Shown here in pieces: positions 15,162-23,618 of a stretch of DNA of 32,000 bases (positions are counted from its first letter, which is position 1; every line of letters begins with the position of its first letter). Made by a program: the position numbers and the translations under genes. The notes beneath the pieces were generated by a model. That model was not told the origin of the DNA. It worked only from the letters and a program-made list of their open reading frames with translations, and did not search any database. The stretch is taken from the NCBI RefSeq assembly GCF_019464535.1, contig NZ_CP080507.1:3180001-3212000 (forward strand). The letters run 5' to 3'. The DNA is from Horticoccus luteus (lineage in GTDB: Bacteria > Verrucomicrobiota > Verrucomicrobiia > Opitutales > Opitutaceae).

Positions 15162-16850
15162 ATGCGCCTGCTTAAAACACTTCTCGCTCTCCTCGCTCTC
15201 GGCCTCGTCTCCGGCCTCACCGCCCGCGCAAAAGGTCCGCAGCTCTACACCTGCGGGATGCACCCGCAGATCATCCAGGACCATCCGGGCAACTGCCCGA
15301 TCTGCGGCATGAAGCTCACTCCGCTGCCCGATGACGCCAGTGGTAACGGCGGCATCGTCATCTCTCCCGAGACGATCCAGCGGATGAATCTCAAAACCAG
15401 CGCCGTCACCCGCGGTCCCGTTGAACGCGAAATCCGCGCCGTCGGCAGCGTCACCTACGACGAAGCCGGACTGCGCGACATCACGCTCAAATACGATGGC
15501 TGGATCGAAGAGCTCTTCGTCAACGCCACCTCCACCGTCGTCGCCGAGGGCGACCCGCTCTTCCGGATTTATTCGCCGGATCTCTACAACGCCCAGCTCA
15601 ACTACCTCGTCACCCTGCGCACCGAAGGCGACGCCAACGGCCCGCTCACGCGCGCCGCCCGCACGCGCCTCGAATTGTTCGACCTGCCGGCCGACTTCAT
15701 CGCTGCACTCGGCCGCACCGGCACCGCCGAACGCACCTACGTTTATCGCGCGCCGTCCGCTGGCGTGGTCATCGAAAAACCCGTCGTGGTCGGCCGCATG
15801 GTTCGCGCCGGCGAATTGATCTACCGCCTCGCCACCCTCGATCCGATCTGGATCACCGCGCAGTTCTACGCCGCCGACGCCGCGTTCATTCATCCCGGTC
15901 AATCCCTCCGCCTCCAACCCACGCACGGCGATCGTCCGACCGTCATCGGCACAGTGCAGTTGATCGAACCCCAGTTCGACGATGCGACGCGCACCCTCAT
16001 GGCGCGCATCGTCGTCCCCAATGCCGATCACCAACTCCGGCCCGGCATGTATGTCGATGTGCGCTTCACCGCGCACCTCGCCGACGACGCCGTGCTCGTG
16101 CCCGCCACCGCCGTCCTCCGCAGCGGCGAGCACAACACCGTTTTCGTCGCCCTCCCCGCCGGCCGCTTCGATCCCCGCGAAATCACCCTCGGTCCCCGCA
16201 CGAGCGACGACCACTACGCGGTCACCTCCGGTCTCAACGTTGGTGATACCGTCGTCACCTCGGGCCAGTTCATGCTCGATTCCGAAAGCCAGCTCCGCGA
16301 AGGCATTCAAAAAATGCTCGCCGCCTCCGGCCACGGCGATCACGCCCACGCTCCCGTCCGTCCCACGCCGTCCGCGTCGACGCCGCGCGCCTCGTCGCCC
16401 ACCGCAACGTCCCCTCTGCCGCCCGCGGGTGTCGCCTCACTGACCAAACTCGCCCGCGCCGGCGCCGACGCCGCAGCCGCGCTCGCAGGCGACAATCTTT
16501 CCGCTTACCAGCAATCCCTGCCCGCGCTGAACGCCGCCCTCGCCGGCTTTCACGCGGCCCGTGCTGATAGTCACTCCGATGCACTGGCGCACTTCCGCGC
16601 GCTGCCCGACCGCGCCACGCTCGCCGACGCCCGCAGGGATTTCGAACCCTTCAGCACCGCACTCGTGGATCTTGTCCGCGCGAACCATCTCACGGCCACC
16701 ACCGGACTGCACGCCTTCGAGTGTCCCATGGCGCCCGAACTCGGCACGGGCCGCTGGCTCCAACGCGAACCCCAAATCCGCAACCCCTTTTTCGGTTCCA
16801 CCATGCTCACCTGCGGCGACGCCCTGCCGGAAGATCCCGCTCGCTTGTAA
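15162..16850 (+). CDS. cusB: Efflux RND periplasmic adaptor (CusB-like) with an N-terminal Cys-rich heavy-metal-binding module and a C-terminal DUF3347-like domain
   Basis: 562 aa. Signal peptide 'MRLLKTLLALLALGLVSGLTARA'. 'YTCGMHPQIIQDHPGNCPICGMKLTP' at 15246-15323. The MFP core follows ('VGSVTYDEAGLRDITLKYDGWIEELFV', 'IYSPDLYNAQ', 'PGMYVDV', 'GEHNTVFV', 'GDTVVTSGQFMLDSESQL'). Next comes a His/Pro-rich linker, and then 'ECPMAPELGTGRWLQREPQIRNPFFGSTMLTCGD' at 16719-16817. GTG at 15147 (a GTGA overlap with cusC) is an alternative start. Confidence 0.9.
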   Translation: MRLLKTLLALLALGLVSGLTARAKGPQLYTCGMHPQIIQDHPGNCPICGMKLTPLPDDASGNGGIVISPETIQRMNLKTSAVTRGPVEREIRAVGSVTYDEAGLRDITLKYDGWIEELFVNATSTVVAEGDPLFRIYSPDLYNAQLNYLVTLRTEGDANGPLTRAARTRLELFDLPADFIAALGRTGTAERTYVYRAPSAGVVIEKPVVVGRMVRAGELIYRLATLDPIWITAQFYAADAAFIHPGQSLRLQPTHGDRPTVIGTVQLIEPQFDDATRTLMARIVVPNADHQLRPGMYVDVRFTAHLADDAVLVPATAVLRSGEHNTVFVALPAGRFDPREITLGPRTSDDHYAVTSGLNVGDTVVTSGQFMLDSESQLREGIQKMLAASGHGDHAHAPVRPTPSASTPRASSPTATSPLPPAGVASLTKLARAGADAAAALAGDNLSAYQQSLPALNAALAGFHAARADSHSDALAHFRALPDRATLADARRDFEPFSTALVDLVRANHLTATTGLHAFECPMAPELGTGRWLQREPQIRNPFFGSTMLTCGDALPEDPARL

Positions 16851-16886
16851 CCTGCCCGGTCACCAGCGCCGCCTCTTCCTTCCTCC

Positions 16887-19800
16887 ATGCTCAAAGCCAT
16901 CATCGAATTTTCGCTGCGCAACCGTGCGCTGGTGCTCATCGCCACCGCCGCGCTGGTCTTGGGCGGCATCTATTCGCTGCGCCACACGCCGCTCGACGCG
17001 ATCCCGGATCTCTCCGACACGCAGGTCATCATCTACACGCCATGGCCCGGCCAGGCGCCCCAGATCGTGCAGGACCAGGTCACCTACCCGATCACCGCCA
17101 AAATGCTTTCCGTGCCCGGCGCCAAAGTGGTGCGCGGGTATTCGTTCTACGGCTTCTCGTTCGCCTATGTGATTTTTGAGGACGGCACCGATCCGTATTG
17201 GGCGCGCAGCCGCGTGCTCGAATACCTCAACGGCCTGCAAAACGAACTCCCCGCCACCGTCACGCCCACGCTCGGGCCGGACGCCACCGGCGTCGGCTGG
17301 GCGTTCATGTATTCGCTCAATTCCCCCACGCACGATCTCGCCGAACTCCGCTCGATGCAGGATTGGAATCTGCGCTACCAACTCGCCAGCGTGCCGGGCG
17401 TCGCCGAGGTCGCGTCCGTCGGCGGCTTCGTCAAACAATACCAGATCACGGTCGACCCCGACCGCCTGCGCGCCTACGGCCTGTCGCTCGCCGACATTTC
17501 GAAAGCTGTCCAGCGCAGCAACGGCGAAGCCGGCGGCCGCTCGCTCGAAATGTCCGAGCAGGAATTCATGCTCCGCGTGCGCGGCTACGTGCAATCGATC
17601 GACGACCTTAAACAAATCGCCGTCGGCCTCGGCGCCCGCGGCACGCCCATTCTCCTCGGCGAAGTCGCCGACATCCACCTCGGTCCCGACATGCGGCGCG
17701 GCATCGCCGATCTCAACGGCGAGGGCGAAACCGTCGGCGGCATCGTCGTCGTGCGTTACGGCGTCGACACCCGCGAGGTCATCGCCGCCGTTAAAACCAA
17801 ACTCGCCGCGGCGCTGAAGTCGCTCCCACCCGACGTGACGGCCACGGTCGTCTACGATCGCACCGATCTGATCGAACGCGCCGTCGGCACCCTCAAGTTG
17901 AAGCTGCTCGAAGAGAGTCTCGTCGTCGCACTCATCTGCCTGCTCTTCCTTCTTCACTTCCGCAGCGCACTCGTCGCCATCATCATCCTGCCGGTCGCCG
18001 TGCTCGCCGCCTTTGTCGTCATGCACGGCCAGGGCCTGAGCGCCAACATCATGTCCCTCGGCGGCATCGCCATCGCCATCGGTGCGATGGTCGACGCCGC
18101 GATCATCATGATCGAAAACGCGCACAAGCACTTGGAGCACGATCGCGGCAAAAAGCCGCATTGGGACATCATTCGCGACTCCGCGATCGAGGTCGGTCCC
18201 ACGCTCTTCTATTCGCTGCTCGTCATCACCGTATCGTTCCTGCCGGTGTTCACGCTGCAGGCGCAGGAAGGCCGGCTCTTCAAGCCGCTCGCGTTCACCA
18301 AGAGCTACGCCATGGCCGCCGCCGCGCTGCTCTCCATCACCCTCGCGCCCGTGCTCATGGGCTTTTTCATTCGCGGCAAAATCCTGCCCGAAGCGAAGAA
18401 TCCGGTGAACCGATTTCTCGTCTGGGTTTACCACCCGCTGTTCGACCTGGTTATCCGTTTCAAATGGACGGTCATCGTCATCGCCGCCATCGCCGTCGGC
18501 TGGGTGTTCTTTCCGTGGAACGCGCTCGTCGTCGACCATCTGCCCGCCGGCCGCCTGCGTCACGTCGCCACCTCGATCGGCCGCGCGTTTCCCTACCAGC
18601 AGCTCGGGTCGGAATTCATGCCGCCGCTTTACGAGGGCGACCTGCTTTACATGCCGACCACTTTCCCCGGCATCTCCGTCACCAAGGCCAAGGAAATTCT
18701 GCAGCAGACCGACCGGATCATCCGCACTTTTCCAGAAGTCCAGGAGGTCTTTGGCAAAATCGGCCGCGCCGAAACCGCCACCGATCCCGCGCCGATGGAC
18801 ATGATCGAAACCACCATCCGCCTCAAACCCGAGGCAGACTGGCCGAAAATCGATTTCACCAATTCCGACGGCCAGGTCATCGCGCACCGCCGCCGCACCG
18901 TGGAGGAACTCACCGATGCGATGAACCGCGCCGTGCAAATCCCCGGCCTCGTCAACGCGTGGACCATGCCGATCAAGACCCGCATCGACATGCTCGCCAC
19001 GGGCATCAAAACCCCCGTCGGCATCAAGGTCGCCGGGCCCGACCTCGCCGTGCTCGACCGCATCGCCCGCGAAGTGGAGGCCGTTGTGCAGCGCGTCCCT
19101 CACACCGCCAGCGTCGTCGCCGAGCGCGTCATGGGCGGCAACTACATCGAGTTCACCCTCAACCGCGACACCATCGCGCGCTACGGCCTCAGCGTCGGCG
19201 ATGTGCAGGACGTCCTTTCCGTCGCGCTCGGCGGCATGCCCCTCACGACGACGGTCGAGGGCCTCGAGCGCTACAACGTCATCATGCGTTACGCGCGCGA
19301 TTATCGCGATTCGCCGGAAACGCTCCGTGCCATCTCCATTCCGATCAAGGCGCCGATGGATTCCGCCAGCGCCCCGGCGGCCCAGATTCCGCTCGGACAA
19401 CTCGCCGACATCCGCGTCACGAAGGGACCGATGGGCATCAAGAGCGAAGGCGGCGTGCCCAACGCCTGGATATACGTCGACGTCAAAGGCGCCGACATCG
19501 GCGGCTACGTCGAAACCGCCCGCGCTACCGTCAACGAGGCCATTCGCGAAGGACGGATCGTCATCCCTTCCGGCTATCACCTGATCTGGAGCGGCCAGTT
19601 CGAATACCTGCAACGCGCGCAACAACGCCTGCTCATCGTCATTCCGCTCACACTGCTGATCATCATTTTGATCATCTACCTGAACACCCAGTCGTGGATT
19701 AAGACCGGCATCGTTCTGCTCGCGGTGCCGTTCTCTCTCGTCGGGGCGTTTTGGATGCTCTACCTGCTCGACTACAACATGAGCGTCGCCGTCTGGATCG

Positions 19801-20192
19801 GCATCATCGCGCTCGCCGGACTCGATGCGGAAACCGGCGTCATCATGCTCCTTTACCTCGATCTCGCTTACGAGGATCACAAAAAGACCGGCCGCCTCCG
19901 CCACACCGCCGACCTGCACGACGCGGTCTATCACGGCGCCGTCAAACGCGTGCGTCCCAAGGCCATGACCGCCGCCGTCATCGTCGCCGGCCTGCTGCCG
20001 ATCCTCTGGAGCCACGGTGCCGGCGCGGACGTCATGAAACGCATCGCCGCGCCAATGGTCGGCGGCGTCATCACGTCCACCGCGATGGAACTGCTCGTCT
20101 ATCCCGCCATCTTTTTCCTCTGGCGCCGCCGCGGATTGCCAGCGGCCGACCCTCTTCTCCGTCCGGGAAACATTCCGAACTCATCCGCGTGA
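16887..20192 (+). CDS. cusA: CusA-type Cu(I)/Ag(I) efflux RND transporter
   Basis: 1101 aa. 'MLKAIIEFSLRNRALVLIATAALVLGGIYSLRHTPLDAIPDLSDTQVIIYT'. All three CusA methionine-triad contexts are present: 'EGDLLYMPTTFPGIS', 'ATDPAPMDMIETTIRLKP' and 'KTRIDMLATGIKTPVGIKV'. TM4 'AIGAMVDAAIIMIENA' matches CusA. Confidence 0.95.
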   Translation: MLKAIIEFSLRNRALVLIATAALVLGGIYSLRHTPLDAIPDLSDTQVIIYTPWPGQAPQIVQDQVTYPITAKMLSVPGAKVVRGYSFYGFSFAYVIFEDGTDPYWARSRVLEYLNGLQNELPATVTPTLGPDATGVGWAFMYSLNSPTHDLAELRSMQDWNLRYQLASVPGVAEVASVGGFVKQYQITVDPDRLRAYGLSLADISKAVQRSNGEAGGRSLEMSEQEFMLRVRGYVQSIDDLKQIAVGLGARGTPILLGEVADIHLGPDMRRGIADLNGEGETVGGIVVVRYGVDTREVIAAVKTKLAAALKSLPPDVTATVVYDRTDLIERAVGTLKLKLLEESLVVALICLLFLLHFRSALVAIIILPVAVLAAFVVMHGQGLSANIMSLGGIAIAIGAMVDAAIIMIENAHKHLEHDRGKKPHWDIIRDSAIEVGPTLFYSLLVITVSFLPVFTLQAQEGRLFKPLAFTKSYAMAAAALLSITLAPVLMGFFIRGKILPEAKNPVNRFLVWVYHPLFDLVIRFKWTVIVIAAIAVGWVFFPWNALVVDHLPAGRLRHVATSIGRAFPYQQLGSEFMPPLYEGDLLYMPTTFPGISVTKAKEILQQTDRIIRTFPEVQEVFGKIGRAETATDPAPMDMIETTIRLKPEADWPKIDFTNSDGQVIAHRRRTVEELTDAMNRAVQIPGLVNAWTMPIKTRIDMLATGIKTPVGIKVAGPDLAVLDRIAREVEAVVQRVPHTASVVAERVMGGNYIEFTLNRDTIARYGLSVGDVQDVLSVALGGMPLTTTVEGLERYNVIMRYARDYRDSPETLRAISIPIKAPMDSASAPAAQIPLGQLADIRVTKGPMGIKSEGGVPNAWIYVDVKGADIGGYVETARATVNEAIREGRIVIPSGYHLIWSGQFEYLQRAQQRLLIVIPLTLLIIILIIYLNTQSWIKTGIVLLAVPFSLVGAFWMLYLLDYNMSVAVWIGIIALAGLDAETGVIMLLYLDLAYEDHKKTGRLRHTADLHDAVYHGAVKRVRPKAMTAAVIVAGLLPILWSHGAGADVMKRIAAPMVGGVITSTAMELLVYPAIFFLWRRRGLPAADPLLRPGNIPNSSA

Positions 20193-20259
20193 GGGCTGCC
20201 AACCTCCTGTCCCATTTCTCGCTCACCCACCCACGCCAACCCAATCAGGAAATCATCTT

Positions 20260-20751
20260 ATGAATACACTCACTCGACTCCTTCTTCTCGCTCTCGGCGC
20301 CGTGCTCGCGACCGCCCCAGTCTCGGCGCGTCCGACAGAACTCAAGCCGGAGTTTGTCGCTACGCTCCTCCGGGCCTACCTCGAAATCCAAACCGCCCTC
20401 GCCGCCGATGACCTGTCCGCCGCCCGTCTCGCCGCCGAGTCGCTGCTCGCTTCCGCGGCCAAGGCTCCGGAACTCACCTCGCTCACGGCTCCCGTCAAAA
20501 ACATCGCCCACGCCGCCGATCTCGCCAGCGCGCGGAAATCCTTTCTCGCCGCATCTCACGAAATGATTCGCCTGGTCGAAACGCCCGGCGTCCCCGGCGG
20601 AGAAAAACTCTACCTCGCTCACTGCCCAATGGCCTTCGGCGGCACGGGCGGCGACTGGCTGCAGTCAGATAAAACAGTCAACAATCCCTACTACGGTTCG
20701 CGGATGTTGCGTTGCGGCACCGTCAAACCCGTCGCCCGTCATTCGCAATAA
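20260..20751 (+). CDS. DUF3347-like periplasmic protein (putative metal-binding accessory protein)
   Basis: 163 aa. Signal peptide 'MNTLTRLLLLALGAVLATAPVSA'. Helical region 'LLRAYLEIQTALAADDLSAARLAAESL'. C-terminal 'HCPMAFGGTGGDWLQSDKTVNNPYYGSRMLRCGT' (20620-20718) is paralogous to the C-terminus of the adaptor. Confidence 0.8.
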   Translation: MNTLTRLLLLALGAVLATAPVSARPTELKPEFVATLLRAYLEIQTALAADDLSAARLAAESLLASAAKAPELTSLTAPVKNIAHAADLASARKSFLAASHEMIRLVETPGVPGGEKLYLAHCPMAFGGTGGDWLQSDKTVNNPYYGSRMLRCGTVKPVARHSQ

Positions 20752-20866
20752 ACCTTCCGCTCAAATCGGGTTCGCGCCATCGCACCACGACAGCTCGTCC
20801 GGTTGCCCGCGTTTCGAGGCGCGCCCGGCCACGGCCGCTCATTCAATCCCTCCCTTCGGTCCCACC

Positions 20867-22963
20867 ATGAAACCCCATCATTCTCATTCCCACGAGTCGG
20901 CGCCTTCTTGCCACGCCCCCGCGCCACCACCTTCGAGCCAACAAGCCGCCTCCGCGCCCGGCCCGCACGATCCCGTTTACATGGGCCTGCCCGATGAGCG
21001 TTACCTCCGGCCGAAATTCTGGGTCGCGCTGCTGCTCACCCTGCCCGTCGTTTTCATTTCCATGGGCTCGATGCTCGCGCCGGATTGGTTCAGCCAATTC
21101 CACGCCCGCGTTCTCGGTTGGACGGAGCTGGTCCTCACCACGCCCGTCTTCTTCTGGTGTGGCGCGCCCTTTCTCCGCCGCTGGTGGAAATCGGTGCGCA
21201 CGCTCGACACCAACATGTTCACCCTCGTCGTCACCGGCACGGGCGCGGCCTACGCCTACAGCGTCTTCGCCGTCTTCTTTGGTGAACGATTTCCCACGGC
21301 GCTCCGCGGTGCCCACGGCGTGCCGCTCTATTTCGAAGCCACCGCCTTCATCACCACGATTGTCCTCCTCGGTCAGATCATCGAACAACGTGCCCACTCC
21401 CGCACCGATGCCGCCATCCGCGCCCTCATGGATCTCGCGCCGAAAATCGCCCACCGCGTCGATGCCCACGGGCACGAAACCGATGTGCCCCTCGACGAAG
21501 TGGTCGTCGGCGACCGCCTCCGCGTGCGCCCCGGCGAACACGTTCCCGTCGATGGCATCGTCGACGAAGGCGGCAGCGACCTCGACGAATCGATGCTCAC
21601 GGGCGAACCCGAAACGGTCTCCAAAAAAACCGGCGACAAGGTCAGCGCCGGCACGCTCAACACCACGGGGTCGTTCATCCTCTCTGCCGAGAAAATCGGG
21701 AAGGACACTCTCCTCGCGCAAATCGTCAAACTCGTCGAAGACGCGCAGGAGAGCGAAGCCCCCATCGCACGTCTCGCCGATCGGGTCTCCGCCTGGTTTG
21801 TGCCCATCGTGGTCGGCGTGGCGGTCCTCACATTTCTCCTCTGGTATTTTGCCGGGCCCGCCCCCGCGTTTCTCCACGCCATGCTCAACGCGGTGGCTGT
21901 GTTGATCATTTCGTGCCCCTGCGCCCTCGGCATCGCCACGCCCGTTTCCCTCGTCACCGGCATCGGCCGCGGCGCGCAGTCGGGCGTCCTCATCAAAGAC
22001 GCTGCCGCGCTCGAACAGCTCGTCTCCACCAACACCCTCCTGATCGATAAGACCGGCACCCTCACCGAAGGGAAACCCCAAGTCGTCGGGATTCATCCTG
22101 CGCGCGACCTTGCGCTTTCCTCTTTCTCGTCGCCCGACGATGCGCTCCTCGCCCTCGCCGCCGCCGCCGAAACCTCGAGCGAACACCCACTCGCGCGCGC
22201 CATCGTCCACGCCGCTCAGGCCAGGAACCTCCCGATTCCTGCCAGCAGCCACTTCAACGCCACCGCCGGCCAGGGCATCAGCGCCGAAGTCGACGGCCGG
22301 TCCATCTTCGTCGGACGCGCGCCCGCCGACTCGGCGGCCAGCCACGCCACCGCCACACTCGTGCTGGTGAAGATCGATGGGAAGGATGCCGGCACCCTCG
22401 AACTCGCCGATCAGATCAAGGCCTCCACGCCCGCCGCCATTCGCCAACTCCAATCGCTCGGTCTGCGTGTCGTCATGGTCAGCGGTGATCGTGAAGCCGC
22501 CGCCCAGGCCATCTCGAAGCAACTCGGCCTCGACGGCTATCACGCCGGCGTCACGCCGGAAGGGAAACAACAGCTGGTGCGCGAGCATCAGCGTAACGGC
22601 GAATCCGTGATCTTCGCGGGCGACGGCATCAACGACGCTCCTGCGCTCGCCGCCGCGGAAGTCGGGATTGCGATGGGCACCGGCACCGACGTTGCGATGC
22701 ACAGTGCCGGCATTGTCCTCGTGAAAGGCGATCTCGCCGCGCTGGCCCGGGCCGTGCGCCTCAGCCGCGCCACCCTGCGCAACATCAAGCAAAACCTCTT
22801 CTTCGCCTTCGTCTACAACGGCCTCGGCATCCCCCTCGCCGCCGGCGTCTTTTATCCTTTGTTCGGCTGGCTCCTCAATCCGATGTTCGCCGGCGTCGCC
22901 ATGAGCCTCAGCTCGATCAGCGTCGTCTTGAACGCCCTCCGCCTCCGCCGCGTGAAAATCTGA
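20867..22963 (+). CDS. copA: Copper-translocating P1B-1-type ATPase (CopA-like) without a classical CxxC HMA domain
   Basis: 698 aa. TM4 'SCPCALGIATP' (CPC at 21914-21922), 'DKTGTLTEG', 'SEHPLARAIV', 'MVSGDREAAA', 'GDGINDAPALA', TM5 'YNGLGIPLAAG', TM6 'MSLSSISVVLNALRL'. The N-terminus, 'MKPHHSHSHESAPSCHAP...', has no GMxCxxC motif. Confidence 0.95.
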   Translation: MKPHHSHSHESAPSCHAPAPPPSSQQAASAPGPHDPVYMGLPDERYLRPKFWVALLLTLPVVFISMGSMLAPDWFSQFHARVLGWTELVLTTPVFFWCGAPFLRRWWKSVRTLDTNMFTLVVTGTGAAYAYSVFAVFFGERFPTALRGAHGVPLYFEATAFITTIVLLGQIIEQRAHSRTDAAIRALMDLAPKIAHRVDAHGHETDVPLDEVVVGDRLRVRPGEHVPVDGIVDEGGSDLDESMLTGEPETVSKKTGDKVSAGTLNTTGSFILSAEKIGKDTLLAQIVKLVEDAQESEAPIARLADRVSAWFVPIVVGVAVLTFLLWYFAGPAPAFLHAMLNAVAVLIISCPCALGIATPVSLVTGIGRGAQSGVLIKDAAALEQLVSTNTLLIDKTGTLTEGKPQVVGIHPARDLALSSFSSPDDALLALAAAAETSSEHPLARAIVHAAQARNLPIPASSHFNATAGQGISAEVDGRSIFVGRAPADSAASHATATLVLVKIDGKDAGTLELADQIKASTPAAIRQLQSLGLRVVMVSGDREAAAQAISKQLGLDGYHAGVTPEGKQQLVREHQRNGESVIFAGDGINDAPALAAAEVGIAMGTGTDVAMHSAGIVLVKGDLAALARAVRLSRATLRNIKQNLFFAFVYNGLGIPLAAGVFYPLFGWLLNPMFAGVAMSLSSISVVLNALRLRRVKI

Positions 22964-23057
22964 CCGCGCCTCGGAACCTGCAGTCGGCGCCGCAGGCTCG
23001 CCATCGGACGAGGAAGTCCACATGCCCTTCCTACCCGCAGCGTCCACTCCAGGAATC

Positions 23058-23549
23058 ATGAAAACCGCCGTCATCGCCCTCCTGCTCATACTTTCTCTCG
23101 CGACCAACGCCCTGCTGTGGCAACGCGTTTCCCGCCTCGAAGCCGCCACCACCTCGGCGACGCCGGCGGATTTTCCCCTGGGCGAAAACATGGGCTATCT
23201 GCAGCGCTGCGCCGACAAAATCTGGTTCGCCGCCCAGGCCGGCAACTGGCCGCTCGCTCGCTATTATCATGACGAGATGGCCGAAACCGCCGATGACGTG
23301 ATCCACGCCAAATTGATCAAGGAAGGCGCTCCTGTCAGCGCCAACATGTCGGCGATGCTGCCGCCCGCCTTGGTTGGAATCGATCAGGCCATCGCCGCCC
23401 GCGATCTACCGTCGTTCCGCTCCCACTACACCGGCCTGATCCAGGCGTGCAACGCGTGCCATGCCGCCAGCCGGCATTCGTTCATTCACATCGCCGAGCC
23501 CACTCACACGTCCGATTTCTGGAACCAGCAGTTCTCACCGCAGCCGTGA
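23058..23549 (+). CDS. Secreted or anchored hypothetical protein with a single C-terminal CXXCH motif (possible class II, four-helix-bundle c-type cytochrome-like protein)
   Basis: 163 aa from ATG 23058, with 'aggaa' 7 nt upstream. N-terminal hydrophobic segment 'MKTAVIALLLILSLATNALLW', helical-looking body, and 'IQACNACHAASRHSF' (CNACH at 23448-23462) about 30 aa from the C-terminus. It lies 94 nt downstream of copA. Confidence 0.6.
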   Translation: MKTAVIALLLILSLATNALLWQRVSRLEAATTSATPADFPLGENMGYLQRCADKIWFAAQAGNWPLARYYHDEMAETADDVIHAKLIKEGAPVSANMSAMLPPALVGIDQAIAARDLPSFRSHYTGLIQACNACHAASRHSFIHIAEPTHTSDFWNQQFSPQP

Positions 23550-23618
23550 TCGGGTTCTCATGCCTTCGCGCCGCCTTCCTCTTTCCCGGTTCCGCGTGCG
23601 CCGCGGTGTTTTGACCGC

